From Methanosarcinales archaeon (GTDB lineage Archaea; Halobacteriota; Syntropharchaeia; Alkanophagales; Methanospirareceae), in contig JAODGH010000039.1 of the NCBI GenBank assembly GCA_025464325.1, positions 1-60,210 of the forward strand: a stretch of DNA of 60,210 nt. The letters are read 5' to 3'. The notes under the pieces are model-generated. The model was not told the DNA's origin and did no database searches. It saw nothing but the letters and a program-made list of their open reading frames with translations. Position numbers and translations under genes: made by a program. This document shows positions 45,555-55,508 of this stretch, in pieces (within the stretch, counting starts at the first letter, position 1; the number at the start of each line of letters is the position of its first letter).

Positions 45555-46595
45555 ATGAAGAGTGTGGGTATCGTGTATCATGACGACTATTTGAAGCATT
45601 ATACCGGTCGCCGCCATCCTGATAAAGCCGAACGACTGAAAGCCATAATGAAACGGCTGAATGACGATGGACTGGTAGATAAACTTGAGCTGATAGCACC
45701 GGTGAAAGCATCGAGAGAACAACTTGGGTACGTTCATCAGGGCGCATACGTATCTAAGGTGGAAGTGATGAGTGCCCGTGGAGGAGGAATGCTTTATCCA
45801 GACACACCGATGTGTCGCGACAGCTTTGAGGTTGCCCGACTCGCAGCGGGTGGTGTACTTAAAGCCGTGGATACCGTAATGAACTCGGAAGTGAGAAGTA
45901 TCTTTGCAATGATACGACCACCCGGTCACCATGCTACCGCGACCAGAGGCATGGGCTTCTGCATCTTCAATAATATAGCGATTGCTGCCGAACACTTGAA
46001 ACGGGAATATAACCTCAAACGCATTTTAATTGCAGATTGGGACGTACATCATGGAAACGGTACACAGGACGCGTTCTTGTCCGACCCCACTGTACTGTAC
46101 TTCTCCACACACCAGTATCCCCATTACCCCGGTACAGGCTGGCTGGATGAGCTGGGAACCGGTCCAGGGGAAGGTTATACAGTAAACGTACCACTTCCTG
46201 CGGGTACCGATGATGCCGGATATCTGTATGTATTTAACAACATACTGCTGCCGATCGCAAGGGAATTCAAACCCGAATTTGTACTTGTATCCGCGGGCTT
46301 CGATCCGCATATTAAAGACCCGCTTGCGTCTATGAATGTCTCTTCTCGTGGTTTCGCGCTGTTCATGGCTATAATGAAAGAAATAGCATCGAACTACAGC
46401 GATAACCGGCTCGTAGCCACTCTGGAAGGTGGTTATGACCTATCTGCAACTGCTGAATCGGCTTCTTTTGCTATCCGCGCCATGCTATCACCAGATGCCG
46501 GTGTAGAGCGAGAAGTAACAACAACCGAAGAAATAGAGAACCGTGTAGAAGAGATAAAGGCTATACAGGCGAGATACTGGCACACTATATCCTGA
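45555..46595 (+). CDS. Histone deacetylase-family protein (AcuC/APAH-like deacetylase)
   Basis: 346 aa. Motifs RPPGHHA, DWDVHHGNGTQ and GGY. Confidence 0.85.
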   Translation: MKSVGIVYHDDYLKHYTGRRHPDKAERLKAIMKRLNDDGLVDKLELIAPVKASREQLGYVHQGAYVSKVEVMSARGGGMLYPDTPMCRDSFEVARLAAGGVLKAVDTVMNSEVRSIFAMIRPPGHHATATRGMGFCIFNNIAIAAEHLKREYNLKRILIADWDVHHGNGTQDAFLSDPTVLYFSTHQYPHYPGTGWLDELGTGPGEGYTVNVPLPAGTDDAGYLYVFNNILLPIAREFKPEFVLVSAGFDPHIKDPLASMNVSSRGFALFMAIMKEIASNYSDNRLVATLEGGYDLSATAESASFAIRAMLSPDAGVEREVTTTEEIENRVEEIKAIQARYWHTIS

Positions 46596-47620
46596 TGATA
46601 GAGATAGATGGCTCATTTGGAGAGGGTGGCGGACAGATAATAAGAACCGCAATTGCCCTTGCAGCAATAACGGGTCAGAGCGTGACGATACATAAGATAA
46701 GGGCAAACAGACCAAATCCGGGTTTGGCTGCTCAGCATCTTCATGCGGTCAAAGCAGTGGAACTGTTATCCAGGGGTAGGACCAGTGGTCTTGAATTGCA
46801 TTCTCAGAACCTGACGTTTCAGCCCGGAGATTTGAAAGGTATCCATGCCGAGCTGAATATAGGTACTGCAGGTAGTATAACCCTCTTATTGCAATGTCTT
46901 ATTCCCGTTGCTCTCTTCGCGGAAGGTGAGACGGTGTTGAAAGTGGTTGGAGGAACAGACGTGAGGTGGGCTCCACCCATCGATTACTACGTGAATGTAT
47001 TTCTAAAAGCTCTGCGGGAGATGGGTTGTGATATCCGCTTAGCACTAAAACAGCGTGGATATTACCCCCGGGGTGGAGGTATAGTGGAAGTTAAAATAAA
47101 CCCCCTGGAAGGTGATTTACGTGGTTTTAAGCCCCGGGAGGATAAGACAGATGTTGTGAGAGGTGTATCTCACTCATGGGGAGTACCAATACACGTGAGT
47201 GAGAGACAGGCACGAGCTGCGACGGAAGTATTGAACGATTCGGGATATAGTACAGAGATAGATATAGATGCGGATTTGAGTAGAAATCGGTTGAAAAGCC
47301 GATCACCGGGTAGTGGTATCACGCTCTGGCTGGGTTACAAGGGCGGTAGCGCACTCGGTAAGCCGGGAAGAAAAGCAGAACAGGTGGGTGAAGAAGCCGC
47401 TCATGAGATACTTAACGAGCTTAATACCAGGGCTACTGTGGATATACACCTCGCAGACCAGCTTATACCCTATATCGCACTCGCAAAAAATGGATCTGAG
47501 CTTAAGGTTCGTGAAATGACAGAGCATCTCAAGACGAACATGTATGTGACGGAACAGTTCCTGACCGATATCCATTTTGATATCGTGAAGGATGCGGATG
47601 TGATAACGATACGGCGATAA
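46595..47620 (+). CDS. rtcA: RNA 3'-terminal phosphate cyclase
   Basis: 341 aa. The N-terminus IEIDGSFGEGGGQIIRTAIALAAITG and the active-site His region. Confidence 0.9.
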   Translation: MIEIDGSFGEGGGQIIRTAIALAAITGQSVTIHKIRANRPNPGLAAQHLHAVKAVELLSRGRTSGLELHSQNLTFQPGDLKGIHAELNIGTAGSITLLLQCLIPVALFAEGETVLKVVGGTDVRWAPPIDYYVNVFLKALREMGCDIRLALKQRGYYPRGGGIVEVKINPLEGDLRGFKPREDKTDVVRGVSHSWGVPIHVSERQARAATEVLNDSGYSTEIDIDADLSRNRLKSRSPGSGITLWLGYKGGSALGKPGRKAEQVGEEAAHEILNELNTRATVDIHLADQLIPYIALAKNGSELKVREMTEHLKTNMYVTEQFLTDIHFDIVKDADVITIRR

Positions 47621-47674
47621 TCAAAACCAGACCAACCAGAAGACCCGATCCGATCAGATCAAATAAAATAAAAT

Positions 47675-48097
47675 CTAAACACCCTGCTCCTTCTCGATCA
47701 CTTCGTCCTCCTCTATCGTACCGTACTCCTGGTATATCCTTATCACGAGCGCAAGTGCAACAGCGGTTGTCGCCGCACCTACAACGATCGCTGTCAGCAT
47801 GAGCACATGCGGCAGCGGGTTGGCATATACAACTCCCTCCTCCACCACGTGACCGGAACCCCATGGCAACACCCCCTTTACTATCGGCTCCGTTACGCCG
47901 CCGCCCCAGCCTCCTATGTAAACATCACCGAGCGATATGAAGAAGAGTATGATCGCTGTTTGGAATATGTTCAACCCGATGATCTTCTTCATCAGGTTAC
48001 CCTTTGCTATCATCGCATAAAAGCCCGTAAGCATCAATACTATGGAAATCCAGTAGTTATACTTCGCAAAGACTTCTTCTACCACCCATTCAATCAT
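47675..48097 (-). CDS. mnhC: Mrp/Mnh antiporter subunit C (NuoK-like)
   Basis: 140 aa. Motifs NLMKKIIGLNIFQTAIILFFISLG and ANPLPHVLMLTAIVVG. Confidence 0.8.
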   Translation of the reverse strand: MIEWVVEEVFAKYNYWISIVLMLTGFYAMIAKGNLMKKIIGLNIFQTAIILFFISLGDVYIGGWGGGVTEPIVKGVLPWGSGHVVEEGVVYANPLPHVLMLTAIVVGAATTAVALALVIRIYQEYGTIEEDEVIEKEQGV

Positions 48098-48561
48098 TAC
48101 TGCTCACCTCCTTTATCCTCCTCGGGCTTCCATGCGAGATCGAAGAAAATTGATGTGAATACCGCCATAACCGTTATCGCGATTCCTACTTCTACGACAA
48201 ACGATATCATCAACCCTCTTGTCATAGCACGATCTATTAGCTCCGCTAAGGGTAGCGCGCCATAGTTGAGATAATTAGCGACGCCAAGAGATAGAATTAT
48301 GCATAGAATACCGATGCCGGCATAGAAATACAGACCCAGACTGCTAAGAGCGGTATTCCACGATTCAGGAAGCCTGCTTCGACCTTTAGTGATGCCGAAT
48401 GCCGTGACGAATAGCACAAAAGAAGCTGCAAATACCACACCACCCTGGAATCCACCACCTGCGCCCTCTGTTCCCACCATTACATACAGTGCATACATCT
48501 GTATAAACGGAATCATTAACCGGGCGATGGTATTTATGATAACGTCTGGCTTCTTCTTCAT
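48097..48561 (-). CDS. mnhB: Mrp/Mnh antiporter subunit B
   Basis: 154 aa. Motif GAGGGFQGGVVFAASFVL. Confidence 0.75.
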   Translation of the reverse strand: MKKKPDVIINTIARLMIPFIQMYALYVMVGTEGAGGGFQGGVVFAASFVLFVTAFGITKGRSRLPESWNTALSSLGLYFYAGIGILCIILSLGVANYLNYGALPLAELIDRAMTRGLMISFVVEVGIAITVMAVFTSIFFDLAWKPEEDKGGEQ

Positions 48562-49091
48562 AACTTACCTCGCCTCCTCAATAAAAGTATAACGGCAACA
48601 CCCGCAGTGAATATGACAGTTGTCTCACCGAGTGTATCATAACCCCTGTAATCCGCGAGACCGGCAGTCACCATATTAGGCGTGCCTATCTCCTCTTCAC
48701 ATTTCGTCTCCCATCTCAACGGTACCGAATAGCGGTAAACCCACAGTCTATCGCCTTCTCTCTTGATGAAATAGTACTCCTGTAGCTCGGGATAGAGCCG
48801 TTCACCCGTCGGAATAAGCACATTCCAGCCGCCCCCCTCCTCTACTACTTTATATCCCCGGGGCAGTGGGAAACCCCTATCCGTTATCTTTTCCGCGAGT
48901 ATATCGGGAACCACACCATCATTCAGACCCGTCAGCACATCAGGTGTGGTATCCACACTGATAGAGAGGTTGATCCACTTATTCGCCGGCGAATTGGGAT
49001 CGCCGAACGCAGGTATGTCCTCCACCACGTAAATAAACAATGCGCCGAGCAGTATTACAAGTAACATCGCAGAAGCTGTTATGGGTTTCAT
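48558..49091 (-). CDS. MnhB-related/MbhE-like small subunit carrying a roughly 90-aa inserted soluble domain
   Basis: N-terminal TM segment, then a C-terminal NMVTAGLADYRGYDTLGETTVIF + TM segment as in MbhE-type subunits. I start at the ATG at 49091 (MKPITAS); the track N-terminus overlaps the upstream gene. Confidence 0.55.
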   Translation of the reverse strand: MKPITASAMLLVILLGALFIYVVEDIPAFGDPNSPANKWINLSISVDTTPDVLTGLNDGVVPDILAEKITDRGFPLPRGYKVVEEGGGWNVLIPTGERLYPELQEYYFIKREGDRLWVYRYSVPLRWETKCEEEIGTPNMVTAGLADYRGYDTLGETTVIFTAGVAVILLLRRRGKL

Positions 49092-49333
49092 CTTTTTTCC
49101 TCCCTCTTCGTTCTCGCCAGTGTAGCAATCATAAAAGCAGTGGTAGCTCCTGCGCCCACCGCTGCCTCTGTAAAGCCAACATCCACCGCGTGCATCTCTA
49201 CCCACACCGTTGCAATAACAAAACTGTACGCACTCAGCAGGACAATGGCAGCTAAGAGGTCCCTCACTGTTATCGCGGCAATCGCGATAACCACGAGGAA
49301 GAACAGTGCGATCAGGTCAAGCGGTACTATCAT
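49088..49333 (-). CDS. DUF4040/MbhD-like small Mrp subunit
   Basis: 81 aa, 3 TM segments, motif AVDVGFTEAAVGAG. Confidence 0.65.
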   Translation of the reverse strand: MIVPLDLIALFFLVVIAIAAITVRDLLAAIVLLSAYSFVIATVWVEMHAVDVGFTEAAVGAGATTAFMIATLARTKREEKR

Positions 49334-49338
49334 CTCTA

Positions 49339-49872
49339 TTATTCCTCCATATACACATGTGCCACCTTATGCTGCATCGTCTTATCAACGAGTAACGCAT
49401 CAGCGGGTTTCTGCGCGATAGAATGTACTAAGAACCTGCCACGTTCAGGCTCCACATCTATCGTTATTGTACCGGGTGTGAGCGTTATGGAGTTTGCGAG
49501 CGTGGTCAGCGCGAAATTGCTCCTCAGACTCGTATCAAATTCTATTATACAAGGCTCTATCGGCATCTTCGGGTGCAACACACGGTATGCGACATCGAAG
49601 TTCGCCAGAACTATCTGCCACAGTTCCCACGGTATATACAGCAGTAACCGCCAGGTCTTGAGCAAATTCATGGTCTCGCTGTCCGCCAGCAACAGGTCAT
49701 GAGAGATGAGTGTCACTACCGCAGCACAGAATATGCCGATAGCTATGCGGATATAATCATAATGCCCGGGCTTAATACATGCGGACATCAGCACCCAGAA
49801 TACGAACATGAGAACGAACATGGCAAGCATGCCAGGTTTACTATTCCCGGTTGAGCGCCTATTTCCCGCCAT
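49339..49872 (-). CDS. mnhE: Mrp/Mnh antiporter subunit E
   Basis: 177 aa. Motif LANSITLTPGTITIDV....LVHSI. Confidence 0.7.
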   Translation of the reverse strand: MAGNRRSTGNSKPGMLAMFVLMFVFWVLMSACIKPGHYDYIRIAIGIFCAAVVTLISHDLLLADSETMNLLKTWRLLLYIPWELWQIVLANFDVAYRVLHPKMPIEPCIIEFDTSLRSNFALTTLANSITLTPGTITIDVEPERGRFLVHSIAQKPADALLVDKTMQHKVAHVYMEE

Positions 49873-49876
49873 ATTA

Positions 49877-50194
49877 TCACATCCTCGGTTCGCCTTTCTT
49901 CCAGGGCTTCAAGCCCGTATAATATGCAGCTTTCATTATCGCATGTGTACCCACAGGGTTCGCCATAAAGATGAAGAACATCAGGAAGAAGAGTTTCACA
50001 CTGACAAACGACCAGCCCTGATACACCATACAGCCCAGTATTAACAGCACTTCACCGAGCGTATCGCACTTACCCGTTGCATGCAATCGCGTATAAAAGT
50101 CGGGTAACCGTAAAAGCCCTATCGCTCCCGTTATCATAAAGAAAAGCCCTCCTACCATCAGGATCGTTGCTACTATATCTATTATGCTGAACAT
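49877..50194 (-). CDS. mnhG: Mrp/Mnh antiporter subunit G
   Basis: 105 aa. Motif GAIGLLRLPDFYTRLHATGKCDTLG. Confidence 0.8.
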   Translation of the reverse strand: MFSIIDIVATILMVGGLFFMITGAIGLLRLPDFYTRLHATGKCDTLGEVLLILGCMVYQGWSFVSVKLFFLMFFIFMANPVGTHAIMKAAYYTGLKPWKKGEPRM

Positions 50195-50460
50195 ATTTCA
50201 CCCCTCTCGAGATATTTTGCTATGACCAGCGTACCAACGAAGTTTAACGCTGCATATAGAAGTGCGATATCCACAAACATCGGTCGCTCGAATATGTAAC
50301 CGATGGCAACCAGGAGCACAATTACTTTCGTACCTATAACATTAACCGCAGCCACCTGATTGAATACTCCCGGACCGCGCACTGCACGATACAGGCACAA
50401 AAGTACCGTAAATGCAATAGTAATGCCAACCACCAGGAAGACATCGGTCATCGAGAACAT
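50182..50460 (-). CDS. mnhF: Mrp/Mnh antiporter subunit F
   Basis: 92 aa. Motif LYRAVRGPGVFNQVAAVNVIGTK. Confidence 0.75.
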   Translation of the reverse strand: MFSMTDVFLVVGITIAFTVLLCLYRAVRGPGVFNQVAAVNVIGTKVIVLLVAIGYIFERPMFVDIALLYAALNFVGTLVIAKYLERGEICSA

Positions 50461-50516
50461 TTTCTTTTACTATGGAGCGATGTATTATATATAAGTTTCG
50501 CTTTTTTTCACGCACG

Positions 50517-51095
50517 ATGTCCTTCGAGATGGCAAAGAAGAGGGCGCTCGCACGATTGCACACGCAGGGTGCAGATGATGACATAGCGGATCTTCTAATG
50601 CTGCTTAATAGCTATGATACGTATTACACAACCAGTAGCTGCTCTGGTAGGATCATTCTGCTGAGTATACCCGCAATAGGTGCGAAACGTGAAGCGGAAT
50701 TCGTCGGGAAATGGCACTTTGCAGTGGATAAATCCGCGATATTGGATGCAATAGCCGGGTGGAGCGCCTGCAATTGCGGTGGCGAGTTGTGGCTAATGGC
50801 GCAATCACCGATACTGCACGTATCATGTGCAGATATAGAGTGTGCGAAACTGCTACTGTCGCTCGCAATTACCGCGGGATTCAAGTATAGTGGTATAAAG
50901 AGTATATCAAACAGGCGGGTGATGGTAGAAATAATGAGCACAGAGCGTATGGATATTCCCATAGGCAAAGAAGGTGTGGTATTTTGCACTGATCAATATC
51001 TTGAGTTTATCGTCGCGAAAGCGAACTCCATGCTCGCTCGTGGTAAGACCAAATTGTCCAGGCTTCATTCGCTACTGGTGTCACTATGCCAGTAA
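50517..51095 (+). CDS. taw3: tRNA wyosine-derivative methyltransferase Taw3 (TYW3 family)
   Basis: Motifs DIADLLMLLNSYDTYYTTSSCSGRI and the rest of a TYW3-like fold. I start at the ATG at 50517 (MSFEMAKK). Confidence 0.8.
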   Translation: MSFEMAKKRALARLHTQGADDDIADLLMLLNSYDTYYTTSSCSGRIILLSIPAIGAKREAEFVGKWHFAVDKSAILDAIAGWSACNCGGELWLMAQSPILHVSCADIECAKLLLSLAITAGFKYSGIKSISNRRVMVEIMSTERMDIPIGKEGVVFCTDQYLEFIVAKANSMLARGKTKLSRLHSLLVSLCQ

Positions 51096-51862
51096 GCCGC
51101 AAGGATCTCAAATACGAGTCGTGCAGCATTGATGCTCGTAATCCCATTTTTGACGTCCAGTGATGGATTCACCTCCACTATATCACAGGCAATCACATCA
51201 CCTTCACTTATTATCCGTCGCACAAGCGCGATAAGAGCCGCAAGCGACAGCCCACACGGCTCCGGATCTTCTACTCCCGGAGCTATTCCCGGGTCGAGCA
51301 CATCGATATCGATTGACAGGTACAGCTTATCATGCGGTATCTCATCAATATCCTCATCATATATGCTTATGCGGTCTTTCATGAATTCGTACTCGTCCCA
51401 CGAAGCCGAACGGATACCCACCTCTATCACATTCTCAAAACCTGCTAACTCCGCCACCCGGCGCATCACACAGGCATTGGAGTACCTGTTGTTCAGGTAT
51501 GTATCCCGGAAATCGGCATGTGCATCTATAACAACCATCTTCGTCAATGCCTGCCGCTCGAAATAGTATTTGAAGAGTGGATACGTGATGGAATGGTCAC
51601 CGCCAAAGAATATCCGCCTCCGGTCTGTATCAAAGTCCAGGTGTGATATATCAAGATCGCCAGAATCGTAATATAGCAGGTCAGACAGTTCGAGCTTATC
51701 ACGCCACAGGAAGGTCTCAAGCCGGTGTGATGCGTGCCTTATCGCGTTCGGTGCCTCTCTTGCACCTTTCAGTGTGGCATTGTCATCAAAAGGGACACCC
51801 ATCAGCTCGTACTTCGCATTTGCACGATCCGTATCACGTAGAGAACCTGCGAATTTCTCCAT
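51065..51862 (-). CDS. speB: Agmatinase (arginase/ureohydrolase family)
   Basis: 265 aa. Mn-ligand motifs GGDHSITYP, DAHADF and SIDIDVLDP. Confidence 0.85.
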   Translation of the reverse strand: MEKFAGSLRDTDRANAKYELMGVPFDDNATLKGAREAPNAIRHASHRLETFLWRDKLELSDLLYYDSGDLDISHLDFDTDRRRIFFGGDHSITYPLFKYYFERQALTKMVVIDAHADFRDTYLNNRYSNACVMRRVAELAGFENVIEVGIRSASWDEYEFMKDRISIYDEDIDEIPHDKLYLSIDIDVLDPGIAPGVEDPEPCGLSLAALIALVRRIISEGDVIACDIVEVNPSLDVKNGITSINAARLVFEILAAYWHSDTSSE

Positions 51863-52517
51863 TATCCTTACCTCGTTCTCTCTTCAGTTTATTCGCGCAG
51901 AGGTGCGCAAGTCTTGTCGGTTCGGGTAGTTTATGCTTACGCATACAGCATTTAACAATGGATAACGCCGTTCCCGGTGATACTTTATGTCCGGGAGCCA
52001 CGATAAGAGGTCTGCACCCCCTCTTGCTCTTATAATAATAGGCGACTTCTCTATCATGGTACGTTATCGGGCTCGCTTCCCCGGGCTTATCGGGGATCGA
52101 TCCGGTACCACATAGCAGGTTCTTTGCTACTCCTATCGTCGGTATATCCAGAGTGACACCCACGTGGGTCGCTAAACCCGCGAATCTTGGATGGTTTATA
52201 CCGCATCCATCGATCATAAGGAGATCAGGTTTCGTATCAAGCTTCTCAAAAGCCGCTATTATCGCAGGTGCTTCACGGAACGATAGCAGTCCCGGTATGT
52301 ACGGGAAATCAACGGGCATTATTACACTCGAATGATAAAGTAACCGCATGGATGGGTATTCCAGAACAACGACCGCAGATATTATCTCTTCCTCATCGGC
52401 TCGGAGCTGTAAGAAAGCCTGATCTGCACCTCCCACGAGGTTCAGCGCATCCAGACGATCCTCTGCTATCGCCCTTGATGCTATCTCTTCCTGTATACGA
52501 TACAGATCTTCCATCAT
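51834..52517 (-). CDS. nfi: Endonuclease V
   Basis: 227 aa. Motifs GGADQAF, PYIPGLLSFREAP and DGCGINHPR. Confidence 0.85.
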   Translation of the reverse strand: MMEDLYRIQEEIASRAIAEDRLDALNLVGGADQAFLQLRADEEEIISAVVVLEYPSMRLLYHSSVIMPVDFPYIPGLLSFREAPAIIAAFEKLDTKPDLLMIDGCGINHPRFAGLATHVGVTLDIPTIGVAKNLLCGTGSIPDKPGEASPITYHDREVAYYYKSKRGCRPLIVAPGHKVSPGTALSIVKCCMRKHKLPEPTRLAHLCANKLKRERGKDNGEIRRFST

Positions 52518-54032
52518 TTACACGGTTTGGGCTGCCTTCGCTATACCAACTATCTCATATATCTTTGTCACATCTATGTTATTCCTAACCAGTTCTGCCA
52601 GTTTATCGTATTCTTTATCCCAGTCGATATCATTTCTGCGGTTAAGTGGTGCAAGTCCTTTTCTCGTCCTTATGTGGTTCAGAAACGCACGTCTGAAGCC
52701 ATCGTTATCAAATAAACCGTGTATGTAAGTACCGATGACATTACCACATACAGCACCCCCACCTCTGTCTATAACCGTCTGCCCCGAACGCTCAATTATT
52801 GTGAATGCGCTTCTCACACCCTTGTTCTGTGAGAAGTATGTCCTGCCCATATGTATCTCATAGCCCGCGATTTCGCCCCTATAGAAATCCAGATCCACTT
52901 TTACGCGCACCTGATGCGTCAGTTTGTGGCGCTCAAAGACGGTCTCGGCAGGCAGTAGCCCCAGACCCCTGACCTCTCTCTGGCTGGATTCCACACCCCC
53001 GGGATCTATTATCGTATCACACAACATCTGATATCCACCACAAATACCGAGAATCATGCACCCGTTCATTGCATACCTGCGTATCTGAGCGGCATATCCG
53101 CTCTGTTTAAGATATAACAGATCGCTTATGGTGCTTTTAGAGCCTGGAATGATTATAAGATCCGGATCGGTTATCTCGTCGCCCATACCCACATAGCGTA
53201 ATGATACATCGGGTTCCACGTCCAGGGCATCGAAATCCGTGAAATTGGATATGTGTGGCAGGTAAACGATCTCTATCCGTATCGCATTTGTTTCTACTCC
53301 TCTCGCCTTCTCAACCGAAAGCGAATCCTCTTCCTGTATCATTATGCCTTTGAAATAGGGTATGACACCAATCACCGGCTTATTGAGCCGGCGTTCAAGA
53401 AACTCCAGTCCTGGACTGAGTATCCCGATATCGCCCCTGAACCTGTTTATAATGATGCCTTTTACCAGTTCTCGCTCTTCTGGCTCCAGTAGTTCCAGCG
53501 TACCCACCAGCCATGCAAATACACCTCCACGATCGATATCACCGACGAGCAGAACGGGCGCATTGAAAAGTCTGGCTATGGTCATATTCACGATATCGTT
53601 CTCACGCAGATTCACCTCTGCTGGACTTCCAGCGCCTTCTATTACCACTATATCGTTCTCACGGTCGAGTTTTGTGAAGCACTCTTTTATAAGACCCAGC
53701 GCCTTTGGCTTGTACTCATGATACTCGCGTGCACTCATATTGCCTATGGGCTTACCGCGCACAATTACCTGCGCTCCTGTATCACTTGAAGGTTTCAATA
53801 ATATCGGATTCATCTCTACTGTGGGCTCTTTTCGTGCAGCAAATGCCTGAAACGCCTGCGCTCGACCTATCTCGTAACCATCGCGAGTGACATACGAGTT
53901 AAGTGCCATGTTCTGCGATTTAAATGGCGCAACACTGAATCCATCCTGTGTGAATATACGGCATAATGCGGCGACAATTATGCTCTTGCCCACGCCAGAG
54001 CCCGTACCCTGTATCATTATACGCTTCGCCAT
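52518..54032 (-). CDS. cobQ: Cobyric acid synthase
   Basis: 504 aa. N-terminal P-loop IMIQGTGSGVGKS and a C-terminal GATase1 domain (ILGICGGYQML, HG). Confidence 0.9.
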   Translation of the reverse strand: MAKRIMIQGTGSGVGKSIIVAALCRIFTQDGFSVAPFKSQNMALNSYVTRDGYEIGRAQAFQAFAARKEPTVEMNPILLKPSSDTGAQVIVRGKPIGNMSAREYHEYKPKALGLIKECFTKLDRENDIVVIEGAGSPAEVNLRENDIVNMTIARLFNAPVLLVGDIDRGGVFAWLVGTLELLEPEERELVKGIIINRFRGDIGILSPGLEFLERRLNKPVIGVIPYFKGIMIQEEDSLSVEKARGVETNAIRIEIVYLPHISNFTDFDALDVEPDVSLRYVGMGDEITDPDLIIIPGSKSTISDLLYLKQSGYAAQIRRYAMNGCMILGICGGYQMLCDTIIDPGGVESSQREVRGLGLLPAETVFERHKLTHQVRVKVDLDFYRGEIAGYEIHMGRTYFSQNKGVRSAFTIIERSGQTVIDRGGGAVCGNVIGTYIHGLFDNDGFRRAFLNHIRTRKGLAPLNRRNDIDWDKEYDKLAELVRNNIDVTKIYEIVGIAKAAQTV

Positions 54033-54074
54033 CTCTACTTACTGTGAATGCCCGTGAACGAACCACAGGTTTAG

Positions 54075-54356
54075 TCAGAATATCCGCGGACCTTTGAAGT
54101 ACCCGCCGTCACGTTTCGGTGCGTTTTTAAGTGCTTCCTCCTGGCTCAGTGGTTCCTTCGGCTCATCGCGTCTCATCACGTCTCTTAGCCCCACCACATG
54201 ATACGTGGGTTCAACACCTTCCGTATCAAGCTCATCAAGTACCGAGAAATAATCGAGTATAGAGCCCAATTGCTTCTCAAACCGCTCCTTCTCACCTTCA
54301 TCGAGTTCTATCCGCGCCAGCCACGCTATATGCTCTATCTCCTCCCGCTTTATCAT
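54075..54356 (-). CDS. gatC: Aspartyl/glutamyl-tRNA amidotransferase subunit C
   Basis: 93 aa. IEHIAWLARIELDEGEKERF...LDYFSVLDELDTEGVEPT is GatC-like. Confidence 0.8.
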   Translation of the reverse strand: MIKREEIEHIAWLARIELDEGEKERFEKQLGSILDYFSVLDELDTEGVEPTYHVVGLRDVMRRDEPKEPLSQEEALKNAPKRDGGYFKGPRIF

Positions 54357-54431
54357 TTATTTCTACACCAAATTTTAAATAATCACTCTTTAATTTAGGA
54401 TATACGGATAAAAATTAGGTGGCAGTCAATA

Positions 54432-55427
54432 ATGAAAGCAGTGATACTCGCGGGTGGTTATGGTACCCGGCTTCGACCACTTACCTTCAGTACCCCAAAA
54501 GCCATGATACCGCTTGTCAACAGACCTGTGATCGATTACATACTGGATTATCTCTCGAGTTATGGGCTGAAGGACATAGTGATTACAACGCATTATCTCA
54601 GGGACCAGACGATAAACTATCTGAGCAGGCGAAAGGATTTGAAACTCTCGTATCCGGAGGAACCTTTACCGCTGGGTACTGCGGGTTCTGTAAAGAATGC
54701 GGGTATTGATGATACCGTACTGGTAATTCAGGGGGACAACATAACAGATATAAACCTGAAGGAACTGATGAAGTTCCATAGCAGGCACGGACGGCTTGTA
54801 ACTATAGCACTCATCACCGTGCCAAATCCTTCGCTATACGGTATAGCGGAGATAGAGCAGTCCAGCGGCAGGGTGGAACGATTCCTGGAGAAACCTTCAC
54901 CCCGGGACTGCTTCTCCAACCTTGCCAATACCGGTCTCTACATAATAGAGCCGGAAGCACTGGAATATGTCCCCAGAGGACGCGCTTTTGACTTCTCCCG
55001 GGATCTGTTCCCCATACTTGTCGCGCGTAACGAGGTCTATGGTTGCGTGGTTGAAGGCTTCTGGACCGATATAGGATCGCCGAAGGGGTACATGGAAGCG
55101 AGCAAATGGATTCTGGATAAGATCGGGTTCGAATGTGCGGATACCGCAAAGATAACGGACAGCGAGATCAGTGGTAACGTTGCTATCGGAGAGCATGCGG
55201 TTATAAACAGATCGAAGATAAGAGGTCCCGCAGTGATAGGCAGCCATGCCATGCTAAATACGAGTACGATACACGCGTCTGTTGTGTTTCCCAGGGTTGA
55301 CCTGGACGAAACCCTGCTATTTAATACCGTGATTGGCGAGGACACAGTAATAAAGAAGGCGGAGATAAGTGATTCTATACTTGGTGCCAGATGTGAGTTA
55401 AGAACCTGCCATTGCAGCAGGACCTGA
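54432..55427 (+). CDS. Sugar-1-phosphate nucleotidyltransferase with a C-terminal left-handed beta-helix
   Basis: 331 aa. N-terminal MKAVILAGGYGTRLRPLT and hexapeptide-like C-terminal repeats. Confidence 0.8.
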   Translation: MKAVILAGGYGTRLRPLTFSTPKAMIPLVNRPVIDYILDYLSSYGLKDIVITTHYLRDQTINYLSRRKDLKLSYPEEPLPLGTAGSVKNAGIDDTVLVIQGDNITDINLKELMKFHSRHGRLVTIALITVPNPSLYGIAEIEQSSGRVERFLEKPSPRDCFSNLANTGLYIIEPEALEYVPRGRAFDFSRDLFPILVARNEVYGCVVEGFWTDIGSPKGYMEASKWILDKIGFECADTAKITDSEISGNVAIGEHAVINRSKIRGPAVIGSHAMLNTSTIHASVVFPRVDLDETLLFNTVIGEDTVIKKAEISDSILGARCELRTCHCSRT

Positions 55428-55508
55428 AGCTGCAGCTTTCGGTCGGTTAGAGAACGGTGCGATCTTATTACATTTATGTTTCAACGCGCATATCGCAATT
55501 TTCTCACA

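Noticed and set aside
45405-45995. 196-aa minus-strand ORF overlapping the start of the deacetylase gene
   Set aside because: The plus-strand HDAC-family ORF carries the catalytic motifs. The minus-strand ORF has no motifs, and it would also cover the palindrome-containing spacer.
49092-49205. N-terminal extension (MGRDARGGCWLYRGSGG...) of the MbhE-like ORF
   Set aside because: It overlaps the DUF4040 gene. The ATG at 49091 gives a signal-anchor-like start and a 4-nt ATGA overlap typical of this cluster.
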